Assembly (NCBI GenBank): GCA_051294375.1 | Contig: CM119264.1 | Coordinates: 11,321,832-11,385,831 of the forward strand | DNA: 64,000 nucleotides | Origin: Paraspadella gotoi | Taxonomy: Eukaryota > Animalia > Chaetognatha | Reading direction: 5' to 3' | Shown: one piece after another, positions 1 to 13,304 of the stretch | Layout: each line of letters begins with the position of its first letter | Numbering within the stretch: position 1 is the first letter of the stretch | Translations under genes and position numbers: made by a program | The notes under the pieces: generated by a model | What the model was told of the DNA's origin: nothing | Database searches by the model: none | The model's input: the letters and a program-made list of their open reading frames with translations, nothing else

Positions 1-8
1 TGATCTCT

Positions 9-230
9 ATCTACTGTGTGGAGTGACAAAATACAGTGAGGCCTCCTTACTGCCTGGGAAGAAAACGAAAGAACCGCCTTAGCCAGTCAGCTTGCGCGAC
101 TGCACAACACCGGCGGGCGCGGGCGCATCAGCTCGGGATCCCGTTAAGCGAAATGCCGGATGACCTTTTCCATGGAAAATTGAAAGCCTGGCCAGGGGGC
201 GAGGAGGTAACCAGGTAAGCAGGATGTTTT
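9..230 (+). other. Structured island (may begin before the window)
   Basis: cctcctt/gaggagg, cctgg/ccagg, actgtg/tacagt, palindrome ttttccatggaaaa; weak TCTCT direct repeat. Confidence 0.45.
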
Positions 231-550
231 TCTCTCTTTACAGAATTACTTTACCCAACAGCAAGAGATTAACGAGGAAATTAGCTACGTTTTATGTAAA
301 AAGACTAATTTTTTATCTTCAAGTGTTACTTTTTTAAGATTGTAAGGCTCAGAGTCGGGGAGACAGCTTTTTCACCCGAAACTTTTTTTCTTTTTTTTGC
401 GTTTGGAAAGAAAGAAGAAACCTTTTGCAAAAATTGGAAGATGCAGAGTCGCAAAAAAAAAGGAAATGTTTCTTAAAGTTAAATGGGTTTCAGAAGACAG
501 TTTAAAAAAAGGAAAATAATAAAGAGACAAACATTGAGAAAAGGAGACGC

Positions 551-671
<121 letters not shown>

Positions 672-908
672 CTGCCTCGTTTTTCCCTCGCTTTCCCGCG
701 ACACAAGCTGGAGCCTTTTTTTTTTCGTTGGCCTTTGAGATTGTCAGTTCCGTTTAGCGAATTCGTTCGATGGCGTCTCGGTCGCCCGTTTAGCGCCTCT
801 CCGGTCTCCGGTTCCTCCTCGACCTCCGCCATCGCCAGTTTCCGCCCGGCATTTCTTCCGCCATCGCCTGAATCCGCCCGGTACTTCCCCGCCTGTCGTT
901 CGGAAACT

Positions 909-944
<36 letters not shown>

Positions 945-1255
945 GGATAATTCGGGCAGAAAACGGAAGAAAAGTCGACGAAGGCGAAAATTAAGGAAAA
1001 TTAATAAATCAGCCGCTTGGGACTTTTGACTGAGTCGAGAAGCGGAGACGGGAGACTGAGATTGGGCGTGGAGGACTTAGTTAGTGAGAGCGAGATGAGA
1101 GACAGAGATTCGGCGCTGAGCACTAAGCAGTGAGCATTTAGCGATTGAGGGTGATACTAAAATTGGGCGCTGAAGATTGAGCGATCGAGAGCGAGACGAG
1201 AGACTGAGATTGGGCGCTAAGGATCGAGTGACCGAGGGAAAGACGTTGACATTTG

Positions 1256-1787
1256 GGAGTGAATATGGAGAAAACAGGACGGAGAAACTACTACAGTTTG
1301 ACCAAATAAGTTACATGTTTGTAAAAATCAATAAGATCGTTATATTGCAGCGACATTATATCATCCTGTATTTTTGAATGCGCTCTTCTTCATTCTCTGA
1401 AAATTTTACTGCTTTTTGCTAAGCGATAAGGGCCGCTATTAACAATACGGTATATAGGCGCATTTTTGATTTAATATTATTTAATAAAGTACGCTCTTTC
1501 GGCGAAAAAAAAACAACAACTTGGGACTGGAAAAAAAATGGAGGTGCCATCCTGGATGGCATCCCACGTCCCCACCGCTCTCCGCCCTTCCTTCCGCATT
1601 TACGGCCGGCGCTCGAAAAACTGCCATTAGCTTTGTGAAAGTAACACAAAAGGCTGAACGGAGGAGGAAGGGATAGTACGCGGTCTCGAGGGAACAGAGG
1701 ATCGTAGCGGTTGAGGGGGGGGGGGGTGGGTGACGACTCCATTGGATGCAGCAGAAAACTTTAACGTCGCTTTTTTCATCCAATCAG
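1256..1787 (+). other. ~530-bp structured island
   Basis: ggtgccatc/gatggcatc (1543-63), cccttccttccg/cggaggaggaaggg (1585-96/1659-72), acagga/tcctgt; candidate TSD ATTTG, boundaries uncertain. Confidence 0.55.
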
Positions 1788-1829
1788 ATTTGTTACTGTT
1801 ATATTTAATTTTACTTTTCTGATATTAAG

Positions 1830-2050
1830 TTAATTTCGTCCTCTGACGTTAACAGTTGGTTATGGTTCATCCTCAGAGAGTATTTCTTATAAATTAATTC
1901 GTAAAATGTTACTATCACGACAATGAAGTTAAAAGTAGCGATTGTCATTTTGTCCGTTTCCATCGTGAGACTGACAGAGGGATTTGCGTGATTTTGAGAT
2001 GCAAGGGAACCTTCATCGCAGCTTAGGAAGAAAGGGAGCTGAGGGCGAAC
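1830..2050 (+). mobile_element. 221-bp structured island, 5-bp TSD
   Basis: TTAAG at 1825-29 and 2051-55; closing stem ttcgtcctc/gagggcgaa; tcacga/tcgtga, gacaat/attgtc, ttgcgt/atgcaa. Confidence 0.55.
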
Positions 2051-2064
2051 TTAAGATGGAGGAA

Positions 2065-2525
2065 AAGGGGAAAAGGATTAGTGGAAAATGGAGGAGCAGG
2101 AGAAGGGAAAAAAGAGATTAAGACCGAGGAGAATATTCGGAAAAAGAAAAGAAATAAACAGAAAAGAGGAAAAGGATTAATAGAAAATGGAGGAACAGCG
2201 GGAGGGGAAAAAAGAGATTAAGACCGAGGAGAATATTAAGAAAAAGAAAAGAAATAAACAGAAAAGGGGAAAAGGATTAGTGGAAATTGAGGAGCAAGGG
2301 GAGGGGAAAAAAGAGATTAAGACTGTGGAGAATATTAGGTAAAAGAAAAGAAATAAACAGAAAAGGGGAAAAGGATTAGTGGAAATGGAGGAGCAGGGGG
2401 AGTGGAAAAGAGATTAAGAACGAGGAGAATATTAGCAGAGAGAAAAGAAAAGAAAAGGGGAAAAGGATTTGTGGAAAATGGAGGAGCAGAGGGAGGGGAA
2501 AAAAGAGATTAAGACCGAGGAGAGG
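2065..2525. repeat. ~100-bp purine-rich tandem repeat, ~4.5 copies
   Basis: aaaggatt recurs at 2072, 2171, 2271, 2370 and 2462, with gagattaagaccgaggagaatatt in the units. Confidence 0.9.
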
Positions 2526-4853
2526 GAAAAGAGGGAAAGCAACGGGGAGAGGTGAGAGGGTCGAAAGAGAGAATCCTTCGAGAGGAATTACAGAATGTGT
2601 GTGGTTGGTGTTATTGAATGATATTTTGGAAAAAAATATCATGAACAAAGATTAAACAAGAGTTGCAATAATCTTTAAAATTAAAAATGACGTAACTCGT
2701 TAAGAAAGAATAATTATTGATTATGAGAAAGACGCGTCTCAATACAGTTTGATTGACGTAATAATTTAATGTGGGGATTAGGAGGTTTAAACATGAAGAT
2801 GAGGGGGAAGTGGTAAAAAAAAGATAGAGTGAGACGGAAAGCACAATGCGCAGGCTCAAAGAAAAAGAAATTCAAGCGCGAAAGGAGAAAGAAAAGAAAG
2901 CGGTACTAGAAAAACAATANNNNNNNNNNNNNNNNNNNNNNNNNNNNNNNNNNNNNNNNNNNNNNNNNNNNNNNNNNNNNNNNNNNNNNNNNNNNNNNNN
3001 NNNNNNNNNNNNNNNNNNNNNNNNNNNNNNNNNNNNNNNNNNNNNNNNNNNNNNNNNNNNNNNNNNNNNNNNNNNNNAGAATATCGATAATGGAAGGAAA
3101 AGCGGCCCCGAAAAGGAACCCACCAGAGATACTGAAAAACAACTGATCTCTCTTAGCACCTCTGTAAAGCAAGAAGAAAGAGAGGATGAAGAGAGATATG
3201 AGAGGAAGAGAAGAATGAAAATGTGGAGAGAAGGAGAGGGGAATGGCATGGAGGAGTTTAATGGCAATTGGCTGCAGATGGACTGCTGTTGGAAGCAGTA
3301 AATGGCGATGGGATAATGGGGACAGATGATGAAAGAATTTAAAAAAAGGGATTAACTAAATTGGGGTATGAAGCTGCGTTGTTTTAAGAGTTTGCATGAA
3401 AACGAAAAAGTCATGGGAGAATTGCGAAAACCGTTGAGAAAATTTATTTTATTCGAGATAAAAAAAAAGTTGTTGCGTCGGGAGAAGGATGCAGTTGGAA
3501 TCGAAGGAATCCGGTGTCGGCTGAAGGAGTTTTGTTCGGGTAAGGAATACAATCGGGTAAGGGGCGAAAGCGGTGGAGGGTGAGGACGAAGGAAAGTTCG
3601 TTTTAAAAGTGATGCGGTTCGACGATTGAGTTTCGACTTCGACGGGGAAGGAGTATTGATGGANNNNNNNNNNNNNNNNNNNNNNNNNNNNNNNNNNNNN
3701 NNNNNNNNNNNNNNNNNNNNNNNNNNNNNNNNNNNNNNNNNNNNNNNNNNNNNNNNNNNNNNNNNNNNNNNNNNNNNNNNNNNNNNNNNNNNNNNNNNNN
3801 NNNNNNNNNNNNNNNNNGGATATAAAACTTGTGTTTATTCAAGAATATTATATGAATTAATTAAGATTACAAAATATAATTTAAATTTTATAAAATCAAA
3901 TTTGACTAGAGAACAAACATAAGGAGAGAGTAAGATAAAGAGATAAAAGGAGGGAGAGAGAAAGAGAGAATGAGAGAAAGAAAAAAAGAGAGGATGAGAA
4001 AGAGAGATCGAGAGAGACGAGAGACGAGAGAGATGAGAGAGAGAGCAGAGCCACTCGAGAGAGATGAGAGAGGAAAGACTCGTGAACAGAAGAGAGAGAG
4101 AGAAAGAGAAAGAGAGTGAGAAAGAGAGAGAGAGAGAATAATTAAATCACGAGAATAATCGAAAACAGTTGAAGCCAATTTAAACATCGACGAAAAGAAC
4201 TTTTTAGTTGAAGTTGGATGTTGTAGTGAATCTTGTAGTTTTTTTGGTTTGTTTTGCTGTGGGGGGGGGGGAAAGAACTAAAAAAAAAGGATTTTTTTTA
4301 TAGCGAATAAAGTTGCTAGATAGAGGTTGAAGAAGAAAAAAAAATAATCAAAGTATGCAAGAATGAAAGAATGAAAGAAAGAAAAAAGAAAAAAAAAAGA
4401 AAATAAGAAAGAAAGAAACAAAGAAAAAAATAAAGAATTAAAAAGAAAACAAACGAAAATTATTACAAAAATACGGAACGAAAATAATCTTATCGCGAAA
4501 CCTTTGAGTAAATAACGAAAATGAACGCGTAAACTAATTTGAAAAAGAAAACAATTTACTAATTGTAAAATGAAACCTGAAGACTTAGCAACGACTGTCG
4601 CAACAGTTAACTTAGTCGTGACTATATTATAAAATCAAATTAACAAATTAATAATTTTTATAATTTTAATTATAATTATAATAGAGAAAACAGCATATAA
4701 AAAAAACAACAAAGAAGGAAACCAATTAATGATTTTTTTTAACTTAAAAATTCATTTTTCATTATGCATTTCAGATCTAATTCATGATTTGGGTGTCGTC
4801 TTTATTGAAACAAAATTCTGATATAACTTCATTTTAAACAGAAATAAAAAAAA

Positions 4854-5068
4854 GGGGTTTCTTCCATTACTTTTTTAAATGGTAAATGACAGGAAAGCCA
4901 AAACTCCATAAATTCGAGATTGGACATTTTTCGCTCCGTCACAAACCGATCACAACTCTATTATGAACTCATAACAGATTAATGGGGAAAAATTAGTTAC
5001 CTTCTGTTTTTCCACGGAGGGATTTTTAGTTGCTTTTACGTTTCAAAATATTAAAAACGAGAGGCTTA
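4854..5068 (+). mobile_element. 215-bp structured island, A-rich TSD of up to 12 bp
   Basis: AAATAAAAAAAA at 4842-53 and 5069-80 (low complexity); closing gggtttct/agaggctt; ccttctgt/acggaggg. Confidence 0.5.
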
Positions 5069-5408
5069 AAATAAAAAAAAAAATATTTGTAATTATGTTT
5101 TTTTCACAAAATTTCGACGAATATTTTTTTCTTTTAGACGTTATTTTACTATTTTTTTCAAGCCTCGTTCGGATTTTCAGATAAGCAACAAAGGAACAAC
5201 TCTCGACGATAAGCTGCTTTCGCCACAACAAAACGACTCAGGGACACGACATTATAAAGGATTATTGATTCAATCTTCTTCTGTGTCAATCTCTTTTTTT
5301 TTTTCGAGAGGATATTCTTTTTTTTTCTCTTCTCGATTTACCCGTTAGCAACTTTGCATTTTGTTGTTGTTCGTTCTTTATTTCTTTTGCTATATTTATT
5401 TTTTTAGT

Positions 5409-5491
<83 letters not shown>

Positions 5492-6898
5492 TCTTTCTTT
5501 TTTTCTCTCTTTCTTACTTTCTTTTTTTCCCACTTTCTTTATTTATTTTTTTCTCAATTTCCTTTTTTCCTCTTTCCTTCCTTCCTTCTTTCCTTCCTTC
5601 CTTCCTTCCTTCCTTCCTTCCTTCCTTCCTTCCTTCCTTCCTTCCTTCCTTCCTTCCTTCTTTCCTTCTCTTCTTTCTTTCCTCCATTTCTTTTATTTCT
5701 TCTTTTCCTCCCAAATTCTCCCTCCACTTGTTATGTACCCAATAAACGTCAATAGAAAAGGGGAAAACAAGAAAAAAAAAAAAAACTAAAAAAAAAACCC
5801 TAAAAACTAAAGGATAAACGGGGAAAGGAGTTTTTCGCTTGGATTCGATGAGTGAAGGATCAAGAGGCAATCGAGATCGAGGTGAAAGGTTTTCACCTCC
5901 TTCAAGTGTCGTCGTCGTCCTCGTCGTCGTCGTCATCATCGTCGCCGTTGACATCTTTGTCATAGATTAGATAGGCAAATTAGAGATCCGTATACGTCTT
6001 GACTTGACTTGACTTGACGTCGTCGTTGTCGTCGTCATTATGTTCGTTGTTGTTTTGACATCCATAGACATTAGACAACTTAACTCTCAGTTCTGTCGTC
6101 GCCTTCGTCGTTTTGCACGTGGTCGTCAACGTGGTTGTCCACGTCGTCCACATTGTTCTCCACGTTCCTTTCGACATTCAGTCTGGAACGCGGGGGGAAA
6201 AAAATCAGGTGTAAACAACAAACACGTCTTGTTGTTGTTACGATCGTTGTCACTCGGTAATTGACTTAGGTCTTCGTCTTTCTTCTTCGTCGATGACAAT
6301 TGCCAGCAGAGTTGGTCGGCATCGCGTTGTCAGCTTTACGTTCCGTCACCCGCGGAGAGAATCACATCGTCATCGAAATCACGAATCTCCTCGAGGAATC
6401 TTCTCTTTCGTCTCGGAGACTCAATCTTCACCTTTCACAACCCTTTTTTTCTTTCATTTTCAACATCGTTTCGGTCTTTGCCTCCATTTACGTTTTCTAT
6501 TGTCTTTGTTTACGTTTTCAGAGAAATTGTATCACCTTTGCATTAAATCTCCATCATTAATCATTTTTCTAATTTTTTTTTTTAAATCCCTTTCGCCGAT
6601 TTCAAATTCCTTTCGTTGCGCCATCTCGACTTTTTTTTTCTCTTAATATATTTTTTTTCATCTTCTTTTATCCCTTTTTTATGTTTACCTCGAAGTTTGT
6701 TTTCGTCTTAAATTGTCTTTTTTTCCCCCGAAATTCTTCGGTTATATTTTCAATTTTCTCGTTTCCGTTTTTCACATTTCCCGCGCTTTTCTTCTCCGGT
6801 TTTCATTCAATTTTCAGGTTTTCCTCATTTTTTTTTATTTGCTTTACTCGTCATTTTAAATTTTTCAAATGTTTTTCCTTATTTGAGTTTCTCTTCTT

Positions 6899-7081
6899 AA
6901 CCCAATAAACATGACAAATACATATAATTTTTCAAAGTATGACGCCGCTCAAAAACTCTCAGTTGGAACCGCACTTTACTACTGTTCCTTACAACTGTTC
7001 ATTTTTGAAAGGGGATCGTAAATTGAAGCCCGACCACGCTGCGAATCCCTAGAATAAATCCCTATCAGGAAGCCATCACCA
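6899..7081 (+). mobile_element. 183-bp structured island, 6-bp TSD
   Basis: CTTCTT at 6893-98 and 7082-87; nested tcaaaaa/tttttga, cagttg/caactg, ggaac/gttcc. Confidence 0.55.
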
Positions 7082-7822
7082 CTTCTTCACTCTCTTTCTT
7101 TTTTGCTCTCTCTCTTTTTTTTTCTTTCTCTCTCTCTCTTTCACTCTTCTTTCTCACTCACTCTTTTTCTTCTCTTTTTCTCTCTTACTCTTGTTGTATT
7201 CCTTTATTTTTTTTCTTTTACTCTTTTTTTACTTTTTTTTACTTTCTAATCAAACATTTGTTTAATTTAATATGATTAATTAAATTTTAAAAAAATATAT
7301 TTTCTTAATTGTTTCAAAAAATAGCAATTTAAAATCCAAAATAATTAGTAGTATTCTGAATTAGTAAAAATTGTATTGCGTATACTATTAAAAAAATTAA
7401 TATTACCATAATTTTATATCTGATAAAAATATGAAAGATAAAAATATATTTAAAAAAATACGAATTTAAAGACGGTAAATTAAATTTTAAAACATATAAT
7501 TAAATTTATAATTATATTTTTGGGACAAGGTTATTTTTTAGACTTTAATCCTATACAATTATAAATCTTATGTTCAGGCTTTGATTTTCAATATCCTAAA
7601 GAGCCCTTTCATAAAAGCTTCAGTTTCGCTTTCCCAGAAAAAAATCGAATCAAATACAGTTCTTTGTAAGTTTGTAAGTTTGAGATAAAATTTTGTGTGT
7701 AGAAAATAGAACCACCCAAGTGGAAATGAGTTAAAATAAAAAAAATAAAAAACCTGTTTTACTATTGGATTGTATTTTATTTTTTTTAATTAATTAACTA
7801 ATCAATTAATTACTGTTAATGA

Positions 7823-7925
7823 TCGTGGGCAGATCCGGCATTGTTTGCTCAAACTTGTTATTTTGCTTTTTGGCAAACAAAAACATTCAGCGCAAGTGAT
7901 AAGATATAAAATTTTTAAGAGTAGT
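7823..7925 (+). mobile_element. 103-bp structured island, 7-bp TSD
   Basis: TTAATGA at 7816-22 and 7926-32; ttgtttgc/gcaaacaa stem. Confidence 0.45.
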
Positions 7926-8187
7926 TTAATGAGAGAGAAAGATAGAGATATTGATAATAAACTGAGCGAGAATGAGAACGAGAGAATGATAGAGAGATAA
8001 AGAGAGAAACCAAAGTTAAAAGTTGCCAACAAAGAATTTAGAAAGGACAGTGGTCAGACATGAAGACTGCTTAAGTAAAGAATAGAATAAGTTGAAAATT
8101 GGTCAAACAAATATAAGTGAGTTTTTGTAAACAATTATAAAAAAATTTATATTTCTATTAGATAAAACATTTTTTGAAGCGTTTTTC

Positions 8188-8396
8188 TTGAGTATGAGAA
8201 AATATCCCGAGATCAAACCATGATTCTGGCTATTTTCTCATCCCCGCCATGAATTGAGGCGGGGACATACTGGGAATGAGATCCCCGGTGAAGCCCACCA
8301 TAGGGTGTAGTGGCGATGAACTTATAGTTAGCTGCCCAGAAACTGCGCAAAGTTAATCCCTAAAACTGCAAGGATTTGGCCCGCGTTATATCTCAA
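8188..8396 (+). mobile_element. 209-bp structured island, 5-bp TSD
   Basis: TTTTC at 8183-87 and 8397-8401; ttgag/ctcaa ends; perfect 11-bp stem 8194-8204/8231-41; ccccgcc/ggcgggg. Confidence 0.6.
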
Positions 8397-8740
8397 TTTT
8401 CACGTCGGTATTCCATTGCAATATCACCTTTTCATCTCCAATTTATTTTTCTTCGTACCTCTTCGCTTCTTCACCATTTTTTAGTTTTCCCCTTAATTAG
8501 CTCTTTCCATCTTTTTATTTCAATTTCTCATATTTTTTTTCTCTCAAACAGCGTGTTATCTCCTTTCCTTTTGCAGCCTTTTTTGACTTTTAGTCTCATC
8601 GCATTAGATTCTCTTTTTTCGTAGACCTCGACTCTAGCCAATCATTTTCGCAATCTGGCAACGACGTGAACAGCCGCGTCAATCAATATGGAAAACTCCA
8701 GCCTCCACCTACCTTCCTTCCTTCCTTCCTTCCTTCCTTC

Positions 8741-8814
<74 letters not shown>

Positions 8815-8906
8815 CCCCATCCCTCCCCTCTCTCTCTCTCCCTTCTCCCTCCCTTCCTCCTCTCTCCCCCCAACCTCTCCCCTGCCACTGACCAATCTAA
8901 GGCCCC

Positions 8907-9161
8907 TTGATGTTTGTCGAGATTAATTCGTCGATTCGCTCGGGTTGGTCTCGCGGCTTTCGCCTTCCTTACCTTTCCTTACCTTCGCGAACCTTGAGGT
9001 TTCCACGAAACAATAACTGCCTCTTTCTCTTTCCTTTTTTTTTCTCTCACGCGCGCTAGAGCCTCATTGTTAATTCTGCACGCGAGGCGGCTCGTCGTCC
9101 TGCAGGGGCGCTAATCTCGCGCGCGCGCACACTCTAACGCCCAACTGAATTCACTCCGCCT
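8907..9161 (+). mobile_element. 255-bp structured insertion, 9-bp TSD
   Basis: TAAGGCCCC at 8898-8906 and 9162-9170; 13-bp stem 8918-30/8941-53 with 4 G-U pairs. Confidence 0.7.
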
Positions 9162-9355
9162 TAAGGCCCCCTTTCGCTCGTCCCATTTTTCAAATCGAAA
9201 CCCCCGTCGCTTCGCCTCTACATTTTCTCCCAAGAACTCCTTGTTCTTCATTTTTCTTCCCGCCTTCAAGTAATTTTTATCCATTTTTTCATCCTTCCTC
9301 TTCCTCTCTCTCTCTCACGTCTGCTCTCTCTCTGCTCTCTCTCTCTCTCATCTCA

Positions 9356-9398
<43 letters not shown>

Positions 9399-9417
9399 CT
9401 CTCTCTCTCTTCTCTCT

Positions 9418-9470
<53 letters not shown>

Positions 9471-9618
9471 TTGACATATCCGTTTTTTTTCCCGGGCCTC
9501 GTCATATCATCTCTTTTTCTCTTAGCCTTTAATCCCAGATAACAAACCTTCCTGCCAGCGTCTTCGTCGTCATCGTCTTCATCTTCATCTTATCCGGTTT
9601 CAGTCTCTCCGTCAACGA

Positions 9619-9698
9619 CGCCAAGTCGCCGCCAAGTCGCCGCCAAGTCGCCGCCAAGTCGCCGCCAAGTCGCCGCCAAGTCGCCGCCAAGTCGCCGC
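9619..9698. repeat. 11-bp tandem repeat (cgccaagtcgc) x7
   Basis: Perfect array read directly. Confidence 0.95.
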
Positions 9699-9898
9699 CT
9701 GACTAGACCCGTGTTTTTCTGGGAAGATTTTCGTCCCTTGTTTTGTGTTTATCACTGCGGGGCATTTTCTTCCTGTTTTTTCTTTTCTATTTGGGTTTCC
9801 GTGTTTACTGTTTCTCCAAAGGCCGATGCGGTTATGGCGAGAGGCAAAGTTCTTCTTCTTCTCACAAATCGCTTCGTCTTCGTGACCTTCGCCGCCGC

Positions 9899-9949
<51 letters not shown>

Positions 9950-10271
9950 CTTCGTCCCCCTCGTCTTTCTTCCCCCTCACTTCTCCTTTTTTTTCCTTTT
10001 ACTTTGTTAAATTGACTTCTTTTTCTAATTCTCCAATGTCAGATTTCAAATCAGATAGGGTCATCGGCATTTTCCTTGGCGCTACTTTGTTCCTTTTCTT
10101 TTTTTCCCTTATCATTTCCTTTCTCCTTTATTTTCTTCGCCTTTTTTTTTTATCCTTTCCTTCGCCATCTCTTTCGCCCTGGCCTTCTCGTTCGCGCCCT
10201 TCACGCCTTTCAAGTTCTTGGTTCGTCCATTTTCTTCGTTCTGCCTGAGAGTCTCTCTCTCTCTCTCTCTC

Positions 10272-10358
<87 letters not shown>

Positions 10359-11049
10359 ACCATCTCGCCCTCCAAAAAAAAAAAAAAACAACTTTATCAG
10401 ACACCCATGACGCAAACGGAAAAAATCCTTACATATAAAGATTCGAGAGATTGCATTAGGGAGGAACGGATAAGCTTTTGAATAATGATTTCTCTGACCT
10501 CGAAAACCGATTCAACTCTATTTGTTTTTCCTTTGCTACGGCTTCGTCTCGCTTTCACTCTCTCTCACTCTATCTCGCACCCTCTTTGCCGCCCTCCCGC
10601 CCACTTCCCCATCAGTTGACGAGCAGAGGACAGATTCAATTTCGATTCGAATTTAACGAAGTTTTTTTTTCCCCTCTTCGACGAAAGAACAAAAGAACAA
10701 AGGGAGGAAAAAAATTGGAATTTAATGATGTTCGTTAACAATTATAATACGGAACAGGAATCAACAATGAAGTCGGAAACGAGCGCCAAGTCCGAATCGG
10801 TTCTTAACGAGCGCTGTCGGGTGGAGGCGTGACGGTGGAATGGGAGAGGGGGAGCGTAATATGGATTTGCAGCGAGGGGGATTTTATGTAATGTATATAT
10901 AAATAGCTTTTAATTTTAAACTCAATCAATTAGGAATTACTTTTTGTTTTCAAATGAGAGCTTTTTGATAACTACATAAACGGAAACAAAAAAACTATCG
11001 ATGAGTTTATTAGTTAATTAGCAATATAATCAGAAATGTAAGAAAGAAC

Positions 11050-11523
11050 ACAGATGACCAGCTTCCAAAGCGCAAGGTTTAATGAGAAATGAAGAAGTCT
11101 TAAAATGACCTTGCCTTCAAGAGCCGTCGACCGACCCAGGGAGCCGAGTCTGAAAGGCTGATGAAGATCATAGACTGGAGGTAATTTAGTGAGATTGTGA
11201 GGCAACAAGAATGTGAAACATTGAGCCTAAGATCCGCTTTCGTCACTCAAGCTCGAATTTTCCACGATTCACGCCATCTGTCCGCGACTCCTCGGCGCTA
11301 ACTGGGCATTCGACCGAGAGAGGCGCCCCCGGCGCTGGTCCGCCATCTGGTAGGCGAACTGCGCCTCCGACGTCGAGATCCGGCGCGGCCGTTCGCCCCT
11401 CGCGGCGCCATAACTCGACAAAAGAGTCGTTTCTCTTTGACTCTGAGTTTCTTCCACTTAGGTCGCCGTTGAATGATGCTTTTAGCCCCATGCATAATGG
11501 AAGTCATATAAAGAGAGCTGGCG
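11050..11523 (+). mobile_element. 474-bp structured insertion, 8-bp TSD
   Basis: GAAAGAAC at 11042-49 and 11524-31; stems ccagct/agctgg, ttgcct/aggcaa, ggcgaac/gttcgcc, agagtc/gactct, aatgt/acatt. Confidence 0.7.
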
Positions 11524-11539
11524 GAAAGAACGAAAGAGG

Positions 11540-11663
<124 letters not shown>

Positions 11664-13304
11664 TAAATCGCAATTTATTCTTTAACGTCGTTGAAAAAAT
11701 TCCTGAATTCATGAATTTTTGTCGTTTCACATACTACGAGCAGACGTTGAGAAAAGCGACCATTAAATCTTAAAGTTTTTTGAAAAAATTTTAAATTGCC
11801 ATCGAGTAAGAAAATAAGATTATTTTTTTTTAGTTTCTTAAAGCTGTTTTAACTTAGAGATAAAATATTTTTCAAACAAAAAAATTAACTGTTTTGATAT
11901 AAATGGCGTTATATTGATTGCAGGAGGCAACTGCCCGTGTCTTTTTTTAAAAAAAAATTGTGTCATGTACTTAGTTACGAATATCATGATTGGGTGAATT
12001 TAATACCTTCCGCCCGTTCTCCGCTCCGAGGAGAGGAGGAAATAATTAATGAACTCCGACGGAAAAATCTAAGGAGACTTTTTATTTCGAATACATTTTT
12101 CCTTCTTAGTACTTTCAGCGTTGGAGAAGTTTTATCATCAAATTTATGGTTTTCTTTTTGCAGCTTTTCTTACTTAAACTGACAAACATTGACATTTTTT
12201 TTCTATTGGAAAATGAAGGTCAGCAAGGGAACCTCTCTCTCTCTCTCTCTCTCTCCCTCTCCCTCTCCCTCTCTCTCTCTCTCCGATGAAAAAGAAACCG
12301 TTATATAGAGGAGTCTCTCGGACGACGGTGAGAGGAATGTAAACAAGCGAACAAGCGAATTTCTCTCGTCACGTTTGAGGGCGCGAGCGAGGGCAGATCC
12401 CAATTGCAGAATAACAAGCTTGTTTTTGCGGTGTTGTCGTTGTTTCGTCGTCGTTGTGATTCTTGTCAATGGTTGAGTAAACGGAATGTCTTTCCTTTGA
12501 AAAGTTTAGTTCATAAATGCCTCACATTTGTTCAAAAAAATTATAAAGTATTAAATTCACGGACGAGAAAAGAATCCACCAAGAATCGACAATGAGGGAA
12601 ATTAGTCGAACCACTCCCTCTCGGATTTTTCGATGCGCAAACAACAACGACGACAAGACCCGACGGCGACAACCTTGCGATATGAAACGAATTCGAAAGG
12701 TAAAAAAAAAAAGAATTGGCAATTCTAGACAACGACAAGCATCGCAATTAGACGAACGATGCCTTCAAACCTTCATCCTTCGTTTCCACACGCGGAGACA
12801 CCATAATTCTCTTCCTAGTTTTTTTGTTTTCATTTTTTTCACCGGAACTTTTTCGTTGCTGCTTCGGCATTTTTGCTCTGCTCGGCTCCAGCCGCTTTTT
12901 TTTTTGGCCAGTATCGCTGAAAAGTGCGAAATTGCATTTCGCTGATAATTTTTTTCAATGGAATTGGCAAGAAAGCGGATATATTAACTGTCAAAAACAA
13001 TTTAACATGAGAGGCGGAAAGACTCACGAAACAATCTGAACAAAGAGAATAGATTTCCAATCTAAAAAAAACCTGTGGAAAGAGGAGTTTTTTTTTTTTT
13101 AACTTTTCCTTTTGTGAATTCGTTTCAATTCCGGTTCTCATTTTTTTCCGCTTCTCGATCAAAGAGTGAACTATTTCACGCAACGTCTCCCTTTACGCTC
13201 GTTACTAACGCAACATTTAAGCAGGTCTTGCGACATTTTAATTAATTATTCACATATTTATAGCATATTGAGAAAAAAGGAGAACTTTTTTAAAGTCTAA
13301 AGTC

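Noticed and set aside
190-222. HDV-like L3 word cctcctcgc on the minus strand
   Set aside because: P3, P1 and P2 pairings of the double pseudoknot cannot be formed.
11158-11227. CTGATGA...GAAAC hammerhead candidate
   Set aside because: No stem II adjoining both core segments and no NUH/stem I geometry.
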